DNA from: an uncultured Planctomycetia bacterium
GTDB taxonomy: Bacteria > Omnitrophota > Gorgyraeia > VGKH01 > JBHPFN01
NCBI GenBank assembly: GCA_964406665.1
Contig: CAYOSQ010000004.1
Span: 49,512 to 113,511, forward strand
Reading direction: 5' to 3'
DNA: 64,000 nucleotides
Of the stretch, positions 57,112 through 64,000 are shown one piece after another. The notes beneath the pieces were generated by a model. The model was not told where the DNA came from and ran no database searches. It worked only from the letters and a program-made list of their open reading frames with translations. Position 1 is the stretch's first letter. Every line of letters starts with the position of its first letter. Position numbers and translations under genes: made by a program.

Positions 57112-57591
57112 TCAGTAAAAAACCTTTTTCTTTAATCTATCCCAATCTTCTAATAACTTAACACAACTTTCTCGATCTACTGCCGACTTAATTCTTACCT
57201 TGCTTTTTCCTAAAATCTTCATTTTTGAGTTACTGATACTTAACTCATTAAACCCGCGCAGCTTAACATCAGCTATGGATGTACCATAGTAAATTTTGTC
57301 TATGCGAGCCCAGTGAATTGCACTAAAACACATTGGACAGGGCTCAGTAGTAGAATATAACGCACAACCAGAAAGGTCAAATGTTTTTAGTTTTTTTGAA
57401 GCAGCTCTAATAGCACTAATTTCTGCATGAGAAGTCGCATCATTTTTTAATACCGTGTTACGGTTAATAGCTAGAATCTTGCCTTTTTTTACAATACATG
57501 CTCCAAAAGGTCCACCGTGAAGTTTTTTGAAATTCTTTCTCGCCTCTTTGTTAGCAAGGGCCATATATTTAGAGTGATTTATTTTACTCAT
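57112..57591 (-). CDS. tadA: tRNA-specific adenosine deaminase (CMP/dCMP-type deaminase)
   Basis: Zinc-binding motifs HAEISAI and PCPMC. Confidence 0.75.
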   Translation of the reverse strand: MSKINHSKYMALANKEARKNFKKLHGGPFGACIVKKGKILAINRNTVLKNDATSHAEISAIRAASKKLKTFDLSGCALYSTTEPCPMCFSAIHWARIDKIYYGTSIADVKLRGFNELSISNSKMKILGKSKVRIKSAVDRESCVKLLEDWDRLKKKVFY

Positions 57592-57621
57592 TTCTAAAAA
57601 TTAAAATTAAATTATTTAAAA

Positions 57622-58128
57622 TCACTGAATCGCTGCCATGTTTATTACAATTACTGCAAACATAATCGCAGCGATTAAAACCTTTGCAATAATAGATCCT
57701 ACTCTACCCAAAACTCCTCCGGTACCAGCCTTAAATGATTTCATTAAATCCTTATGAACAACTAATTCTACGACAAGAGCACCAAGGAATATCCCCAAAA
57801 AAGTACCAAATATTAAACCTATGCCTAAAAATCCGGCACCGACAATCGCTCCGACAATCCCACCAATTAAAGCACCAAAAGCTGCTTTGTTAGATGCGCC
57901 TAACTTCTTAGCTCCCAAAATAACAAAAACATATTCGGCAGCTTCTCCGAATAAATAAAGGATCAATAAAATAATTAAATCTCTAACAGAAAGAACTAAA
58001 AAACCTGTTAGGGCAGAATATAAAAGAGCACCAATTAAAATAATAAAAGTTCCAAATGTAGTAAAGAATATCGCAGCAAAGCCTGCTAAGCTGCATACTA
58101 TTAATATTGTTAATGCTAATATTTCCAT
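57622..58128 (-). CDS. DUF456-like small membrane protein
   Basis: Gly/Ala-rich polytopic 168-aa protein. Confidence 0.5.
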   Translation of the reverse strand: MEILALTILIVCSLAGFAAIFFTTFGTFIILIGALLYSALTGFLVLSVRDLIILLILYLFGEAAEYVFVILGAKKLGASNKAAFGALIGGIVGAIVGAGFLGIGLIFGTFLGIFLGALVVELVVHKDLMKSFKAGTGGVLGRVGSIIAKVLIAAIMFAVIVINMAAIQ

Positions 58129-58232
58129 TTTTTGCCTTTTTTCTACTTATAACCTAGAAATATCTAGTCTAATTATCAAATGCTATATTAACTCTTTATC
58201 AGTATTTTAGCAAGAGCAAAGATGACCACGTT

Positions 58233-58268
58233 GACAAAAAAAGAAACGTGCTATTAAGCACGTTTCTT
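58233..58268 (-). terminator. rho-independent terminator
   Basis: A 12-bp stem AAGAAACGTGCT/AGCACGTTTCTT followed on the minus strand by TTTTTTTT. Confidence 0.65.
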
Positions 58269-58295
58269 AAAACGCCAAGCTTACTGTAATCATCC

Positions 58296-58817
58296 TTAAA
58301 AGCCAATACCGTGGCTTTCTTCTAGCTCTTCTGCTGATCTATCAAAGAATTTTCTTCTTCGGCCTTCTTTATGCTGAAAACGCTTCTGCTTATGTTCCTG
58401 CTTTAAAGTTTTTAGCTGCTCAAATTGTTCAGGAGTTAAGAATTCCTTCATCTTCAAAACGTGAGAAATCCTTAAATCTACATTTTGCGCCATTAAAGAT
58501 TTTACTTCTGCTGCAATACTGTTTATCGCGGTAACATCTGATTCAGCAGTGCTTAAAGCTTCGTGCAATTCAACATTCTTTTCTTTTGTGGCTTTATGTA
58601 TTCTCTGTTTTTTTGCTTTAAACTCACTGCCTATCCGCTTTAGCTCCTCTTGCTGCTCTGCAGTAAGACCAAGTTTACCTGTAAGCTTACCCATCATATC
58701 AGCTTTATGTGCCTGGTATCCCTTGCCTCCTACATCAGGCATCTGGGCATAAGCCGCTGGTAAAACTAAAAGTACTGCTAAAATTACAATTGCGATTATT
58801 TTACTTTTCTTTCTCAT
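58296..58817 (-). CDS. periplasmic Spy/CpxP-family (LTXXQ motif) protein
   Basis: Signal peptide, then LTAEQQEEL and LTPEQFEQL repeats. Confidence 0.6.
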   Translation of the reverse strand: MRKKSKIIAIVILAVLLVLPAAYAQMPDVGGKGYQAHKADMMGKLTGKLGLTAEQQEELKRIGSEFKAKKQRIHKATKEKNVELHEALSTAESDVTAINSIAAEVKSLMAQNVDLRISHVLKMKEFLTPEQFEQLKTLKQEHKQKRFQHKEGRRRKFFDRSAEELEESHGIGF

Positions 58818-58870
58818 TTCAATCGCCTCCTTTCACTAACTTAGACAAAACTACAATCAAAAAAGTTTCA

Positions 58871-59392
58871 TTAAAGAAAATATTCCTCTATCGCCGTTCC
58901 AAAACCTGAATCAGCAAGACCATTAAAATCTTCTAAACTATCTCCGGCTAAATAAGATAAAAAATCAGCCTGTTCATAAAGATAGTCTCCAATTAAATCA
59001 TTCTTATCAGGCAATAGCTTAATAAAAGTTACACTAATAAGCATAACAGCGACAACAGTAGCAACCGCAAATACCGACTTAGGCACAACAGTTAAATTCC
59101 GCAACTTATCTAAAACATCCTGAAGCCAAGTTTTAGATAACTGTTCTTCTTCAATGGTATCTTTAATTTCCTGCCAGATATTTTCAGGAACAGCTACCTG
59201 ATCAACCTCTTCAAAAGGCTCCTTAGCATAACGCCTAAGAGAACTCTCTAACTGACTACATTGTTTACATCTATCAAGATGTTCTTTAAGCTGAATATAC
59301 AACTCCTCGCTTGTTTCTCCGTCGATATAATTAGTAAGCAGCAAATCTTTCACTTTTTTACATTTCATTATTTTCACCTCTTTCTTGACCAT
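58871..59392 (-). CDS. anti-sigma factor with zf-HC2; the probable start is the internal MKCKK (~59368)
   Basis: CKKVKDLLLTNYIDGE...HLDRCKQC motif and a single TM helix. Downstream of the ECF sigma gene. Confidence 0.6.
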   Translation of the reverse strand: MVKKEVKIMKCKKVKDLLLTNYIDGETSEELYIQLKEHLDRCKQCSQLESSLRRYAKEPFEEVDQVAVPENIWQEIKDTIEEEQLSKTWLQDVLDKLRNLTVVPKSVFAVATVVAVMLISVTFIKLLPDKNDLIGDYLYEQADFLSYLAGDSLEDFNGLADSGFGTAIEEYFL

Positions 59393-59945
59393 AATGCAAT
59401 AAAGCCGCTCGTGCTCTTCTAAGCCGCGTACGGACTGTATTTATGTTAATTTTTAATATCTGAGAAATTTCTTTATAATTTTTTCCTTCGATTTCACGCA
59501 AAACTATACATACACGTTGCTGGGGATTAAGCATTTCTAATAAATTTTCTATTTTACTTCTCCTGCTTTCTTTCTCGATATTACCATCTACCTCTGAAGG
59601 AATACCATGAACCTTAATAATGCTTTCATAATCTGTCTTTCTTCTTAACTCCTTAGATACTTTTTTATATAAGTTTATAGCTGTATTTACTGTAATTCTA
59701 TATACCCAGGTTTTAAAAGACGATTCGAAACGGAATATTTTAAGATTCTTATATATCTTAAGAAACACGTCCTGAGTAACCTCCTGAGCATCTTCTTCGT
59801 TGCTAGTTACCCGCAAAGCAACATTATAAACAAAACCAGAAGTTACCTTATATACATGCTCAAAGGCTTCCAAATTGCCCTCAGATGCCTGCAATATAAT
59901 TTCTCTTGGAATATCTTCCATATCTTCTTCTACCTTATTAGACAA
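59358..59945 (-). CDS. ECF (sigma-70 family) RNA polymerase sigma factor
   Basis: Region 2 and region 4 motifs; 195 aa. Confidence 0.75.
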   Translation of the reverse strand: MSNKVEEDMEDIPREIILQASEGNLEAFEHVYKVTSGFVYNVALRVTSNEEDAQEVTQDVFLKIYKNLKIFRFESSFKTWVYRITVNTAINLYKKVSKELRRKTDYESIIKVHGIPSEVDGNIEKESRRSKIENLLEMLNPQQRVCIVLREIEGKNYKEISQILKININTVRTRLRRARAALLHYGQERGENNEM

Positions 59946-60109
59946 ACAAAATTATGATAAAGTTTCAATTATTTATTATATCATGCTTGGGGAAATGCAA
60001 CAATTTTGTTGGAAGCTAAAACCTTACAATAATTTATAAGCATATTAATTGACTGTTTAGTTAATTATCAGTATAATTAAATATAAATAGGATGATTTTA
60101 TAAATAAAT

Positions 60110-60616
60110 ATGAAAATCAAAAATATAGCAATATCAATATTATTTCTTGGAATACTTCTTTTAACCGAAGCCGCTTTCGCCTTTCAATTTGAAGACTATC
60201 GATGGGGAAGATCTATTGCAGAGATACGATCACTAGTAATCAAAAAAGGCAAGGTGCCTTTACGTATAAAAGAAGATAGAATCATCAAATATTTCGATAA
60301 TATTTTAGGCGAAGAATGCACTGTTACGCTAGAATTCACCCCTTCCAGTAAAGTTCTTGCTTCAATAAGAATCTTTTTCCAAGATAAGAGTATTGGAGAA
60401 GACATTAAGAATCTTCTTGCAGAGAAACACGGAGATTTTGACCAACCTAATATCTTCTTCAAAGAATATTATTGGAGAGGTAATTCAGACTATGACTCTA
60501 TAATACTAAATTACGATTATGCCGGAACAACGTTGCTTTACTTCGGAGGAGTTTTTCAAGAAAAATACGAATTAGAATTTCAGAGATTGGGAGAAAAAGA
60601 GAAGCAACGTTTCTAA
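60110..60616 (+). CDS. secreted hypothetical protein (168 aa)
   Basis: Signal peptide MKIKNIAISILFLGILLLTEAAFA. Confidence 0.45.
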   Translation: MKIKNIAISILFLGILLLTEAAFAFQFEDYRWGRSIAEIRSLVIKKGKVPLRIKEDRIIKYFDNILGEECTVTLEFTPSSKVLASIRIFFQDKSIGEDIKNLLAEKHGDFDQPNIFFKEYYWRGNSDYDSIILNYDYAGTTLLYFGGVFQEKYELEFQRLGEKEKQRF

Positions 60617-60650
60617 TACGTTAGCAAAAAATCAATAAATATGTTAATAA

Positions 60651-60680
60651 AAAGGCCCGAGATTTTCATCTCGGGCCTTT
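60651..60680. terminator. bidirectional rho-independent terminator
   Basis: AAAGGCCCGAGA / TCTCGGGCCTTT stem with T-tracts on both strands, between convergent genes. Confidence 0.65.
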
Positions 60681-60699
60681 CTTGGTTCATCGGTGTTCG

Positions 60700-60900
60700 T
60701 TATATTTTCTTAACGTTCGTTGCCTGTTCGCCTTTAGGACCTTGTGTGATATCGAACTCAACCTCTGCACCTTCGTCTAAGGTTTTATAACCATCTCCTG
60801 TTATAGCAGTATGATGTACGAATACATCATTGCCTTCTTCAGGTGTGATAAAACCATAGCCTTTTTGGTTGTTAAACCACTTTACTTTTCCTTTTGCCAT
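60700..60900 (-). CDS. cspA: cold-shock protein (CspA family)
   Basis: 66 aa with KGYGFI (RNP1) and VFVHH (RNP2) motifs. Confidence 0.9.
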   Translation of the reverse strand: MAKGKVKWFNNQKGYGFITPEEGNDVFVHHTAITGDGYKTLDEGAEVEFDITQGPKGEQATNVKKI

Positions 60901-61022
60901 TACTTACTACCCTCCTTCCCTCTGCTTTTATTTCATAGCAAATAACGGCCAGCCCCAACTGACTACAAGGCAATTGGAACATTCCTGACTACGTTTGGTG
61001 AATCAGGGTAGAACAATAAAAA

Positions 61023-61060
61023 CCGTCAAGGCTGATTCTTTATGCTGCCTGACGGCTTTT
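61023..61060. terminator. hairpin plus T-tract terminator candidate
   Basis: CCGTCAAGGC...GCCTGACGG followed by CTTTT on the plus strand and TTTTTATT on the minus strand. It lies between the 142-aa membrane protein gene and the cspA leader. Confidence 0.45.
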
Positions 61061-61204
61061 AAAGACATCTACTCCCCTATTTACTACTACATTTACTACT
61101 ACATCTACGTTAAAGCATACCTGAAAAATGCCATTTTGTCAACATAATTATGCAAACGGACAAATTTACCTATTTTCCGATAATTTCTGAAAATTTACTG
61201 TTTT

Positions 61205-61633
61205 TTAAGGAAGATTTTGATGAGCTTTCGTAAATAAGTCCTTCACAGAAGTCCGAAGAAGAACTATGAAATCAAATACCCCTAATACTGTACCAAAAGG
61301 GAAAAATAAACAGCTTAAACCTGAAGCAAATAAGCAAAATACATAATGGCTTCTCCTGGCAATGAAACGACCGGCTAAGATAATACATATAGAAGCGCTC
61401 CAACCTAACAAAACCATGACGCCTCCAATTACAGCAAACATCCAACCAACAAATGGTGGAGATACATTACCAGATTTATCTGTCATCGTCTCAGGAGAAA
61501 CAATCATGCTAATGCCTATAACTAAATGCATTATAGGAAAACAAGAGAAGAATATTCCCATCACCCCTACAACATAGTGAAAAGTACTTAAAAGCTTTAA
61601 GTGCTCTTGATCCTTGTTAGCTTCTTCAGGCAT
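61205..61633 (-). CDS. hypothetical polytopic membrane protein (142 aa)
   Basis: Four hydrophobic helices. Confidence 0.45.
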   Translation of the reverse strand: MPEEANKDQEHLKLLSTFHYVVGVMGIFFSCFPIMHLVIGISMIVSPETMTDKSGNVSPPFVGWMFAVIGGVMVLLGWSASICIILAGRFIARRSHYVFCLFASGLSCLFFPFGTVLGVFDFIVLLRTSVKDLFTKAHQNLP

Positions 61634-61662
61634 AACATCCTTCTTGTTAAAATTATTTTTGA

Positions 61663-64000
61663 TTATTCTGTTAAGTTAAAATAAAAAACAGCATTGCCAT
61701 AAGGAGTACGGACAGTAACAGGACCAGAGATTGCATCATCCGGAACAATGCACTTAATTAACCTATCAGACCAATATGTAATTTCGGCAAAGCCGTAATT
61801 TTCACTACCTGGCGCAGGATAGAACTGAATTTCACCCACAGCATTAGTAAATCTATTTCCAAATATTCTGATTTCAGTTCCCCTGGGTGCTGAATCAGGA
61901 ATCACCCTTGAAATTACTGGTGGTCGAATTATATGAAGTACGGATTCGTTACTATCTCCTTGGGAAGTTTGAACTTTAACCATACCATAAGTTTTTCCAT
62001 CAGATGCACTACTTGGCACATACACATGAATTAAAGTATCCGACCAAGAAATAACCGGGATAGTCACACCTTCAAATAACACCACTGAATCACCTTGTGC
62101 TTCCCCGAAATTCATTCCAGATATTGTAAAATCGCCATACTCAAGAATTGTCTCTGGATTAAGTCCGATAATATAGGGAACAGTGATAGGCTGCAGCAAA
62201 TAATCCTTGATTAATTCTGTTAAAGAAAAATTTACAGAGTGATAATTCAAAGTTGCATATTTACTAAATTTTTCCAAGAGCTGTTCAAAAGAATCTCCTG
62301 GGCTTCCATCTCCTTGAATTTCTCTTAATTTTGGTAATTCGTCATTATAGCCTGAATGATTAAGCAATCCCCACTCGGAAGGAGAATTAACAAATTTATA
62401 TGTCCAGGGAGACCAACTCCAGTGCTGTTGATTGAAAGTCTCTAAATAATATTCCCAGATACCCCTTTGGCTAAATCCATGAAACTCCCCGACTAATACA
62501 GGCACATCGTATAAGTCCTGATAAATTTCTGCTTCAGCAACTTTTTGATCAATAAAATCTATATGCGCTGTAACATCTTCATCATGTCCCCAAAGATAAT
62601 AATGGAACTGATACATTACATTTTCCCAACTTTGTTCACTAGGATTAGGTAATGTATCCCAGTCCCAAATTCCTTCCATAACAATTATATGATTATTATC
62701 TATTGCCCGAATAGCATCATAAATCCTATCGTAAAGATCCCAGAGAATCTCAGGAGTTTGCGCTCCGGTTGGTTCATTCAATAAATCATATCCACAAACT
62801 GCAGTATTATCCTGATAATGCTGGGCAATAGCTTCCCAGATTTCTATCGTTCGGTTTCTAAACTCTTCTCCTTCTGGACTATCCTCAAACAATCTATTAA
62901 GTCCAAGCTGTCCTGTATGCGCCTCAGGACTTTGACCACCCGGTGCACCATGCAAATCTAGCATAATATAAATTCCTCTATCTTCACACTCTTTAACAAT
63001 TCTATCGATTGCACTAAAATCTACTTGTCCGCTTTCATCTGCTATCCAATTACCTTCATCATCCTGCAACAATCTGAAAAATATTGGTAAACGGACAAAA
63101 TTAACCCGCATATTTTTTAGCTTATCAAAATCAATTGCTTTAGCATACTCTTGCTGATAAACAGTAAGCAGCTCATCACTTCCTTCTTGACCAAAACGAG
63201 TAGTAAGAATGTCGCGAATGGTAAAATCATCTTCGATATTAGGATCATCACCTGCGCCAATACCAGTCATCCATTTTTCTATTAAGAATAATCCTCCTAA
63301 ATTTACTCCTTGTAATATTACTTCACTACCTGTGCCATCTTCGTCTTTTAATATTGTACCAACAGTTTTCAAAAATCCTTCTCCAGGAACATAGGTCTGA
63401 GGCATGCTCCAAGAAGTAACATCAGTTACTGTACCTTTTTTGATATGTGTTATTCTTTTGCTTCTTTCACCTTCGGGAATGGCTTCTTGAAAATGTAGAT
63501 CATTTAAAATTACCTTTTTATATTCTACATTTAATCCTCTTACTCTATACCAATGTCCTTCTGTAGCATTTAAAGGATTATTGGGGTACCGTCCTTTATA
63601 AATTCTACGCCAAGGCCCTTCTTTATTTAGAGCAGATTCTACCTCATACCAATCTCCCTGAGGAATTGCGTTCCATTCAAGGAAACCATCTTTCAATCTT
63701 TCAACATCCATTACAATAGGCGTTGGAACATAAAATGCTACATCGCTCCAACTTGAAATATAGGGAACATTATTTCCAGAAGTATTTCTTTCTTCCCAGC
63801 GAACTCTATACCATAGTTTTGTAATCCTTGTTACATTGAATCTATTTCTTACACCGTCATATACTTGTAACCATGGTCCATTAGAACTAATTCTACTTTC
63901 TTCTAAGATGTATTTACCTGCTCCCTCAACTCGATCCCATGAAACTATACCCTGAGAAAGACTTTCTTCATCTATTTTAATAATTTCTCCACTGGCACGG
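61663..64000 (-). CDS. glycoside hydrolase family 5 (cellulase-like) with C-terminal IPT/TIG-like domains; the 5' end extends beyond the window
   Basis: GH5 motif LLNEP and a (beta/alpha)8-like core. The reading frame stays open upstream of the listed Met at 63711 all the way to the window edge (hand-translated ...WSDVAFYVPTPIVMDVERLK). Confidence 0.65.
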   Translation of the reverse strand, partial: RASGEIIKIDEESLSQGIVSWDRVEGAGKYILEESRISSNGPWLQVYDGVRNRFNVTRITKLWYRVRWEERNTSGNNVPYISSWSDVAFYVPTPIVMDVERLKDGFLEWNAIPQGDWYEVESALNKEGPWRRIYKGRYPNNPLNATEGHWYRVRGLNVEYKKVILNDLHFQEAIPEGERSKRITHIKKGTVTDVTSWSMPQTYVPGEGFLKTVGTILKDEDGTGSEVILQGVNLGGLFLIEKWMTGIGAGDDPNIEDDFTIRDILTTRFGQEGSDELLTVYQQEYAKAIDFDKLKNMRVNFVRLPIFFRLLQDDEGNWIADESGQVDFSAIDRIVKECEDRGIYIMLDLHGAPGGQSPEAHTGQLGLNRLFEDSPEGEEFRNRTIEIWEAIAQHYQDNTAVCGYDLLNEPTGAQTPEILWDLYDRIYDAIRAIDNNHIIVMEGIWDWDTLPNPSEQSWENVMYQFHYYLWGHDEDVTAHIDFIDQKVAEAEIYQDLYDVPVLVGEFHGFSQRGIWEYYLETFNQQHWSWSPWTYKFVNSPSEWGLLNHSGYNDELPKLREIQGDGSPGDSFEQLLEKFSKYATLNYHSVNFSLTELIKDYLLQPITVPYIIGLNPETILEYGDFTISGMNFGEAQGDSVVLFEGVTIPVISWSDTLIHVYVPSSASDGKTYGMVKVQTSQGDSNESVLHIIRPPVISRVIPDSAPRGTEIRIFGNRFTNAVGEIQFYPAPGSENYGFAEITYWSDRLIKCIVPDDAISGPVTVRTPYGNAVFYFNLTE

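Noticed and set aside
1-64000. CRISPR arrays, rRNA genes, IS elements with terminal inverted repeats
   Set aside because: No regularly spaced short direct repeats, no rRNA-like conserved blocks and no transposase-like ORFs were seen anywhere in the window.

Overview
This is an AT-rich bacterial chromosomal segment, apparently low-GC by eye. Almost all genes run on the minus strand. The organism looks diderm: LpxA and LpxI, LptF/LptG, LolCDE, MlaFED and a type II secretion (gsp) cluster are present. The housekeeping backbone nevertheless shows Bacillus-like synteny: mcsA-mcsB-clpC, then radA, yacL-like, ispD, ispF, cysE, cysS, tmk, holB, ricT, metG. Two regions look horizontally acquired. The first is a ~2.5 kb mini-island directly downstream of smpB-ssrA (tmRNA). 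It carries a B12-binding radical SAM enzyme and two secreted cysteine-rich peptides, and is delimited by an 18-nt perfect direct repeat of the tmRNA 3' end plus a second ~100-nt copy of the repeat. The second is a ~9.3 kb integrative element inserted at the 3' end of tRNA-Leu(CAG), with a 15-bp direct repeat at the far end. It encodes a tyrosine integrase, an Xis-like protein, a serine recombinase, a divergent Xre pair, a CHC2 zinc-finger protein plus an AAA_25 helicase, an HTH protein that may be a small terminase subunit, and a block of small membrane or secreted proteins. That content resembles a phage-satellite or PICI-like element. A GC-rich, hairpin-rich non-coding stretch sits between gspE and gspF. 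No CRISPR array or rRNA was seen. All functional calls rest on motif recognition by eye and need HMM and BLAST confirmation.
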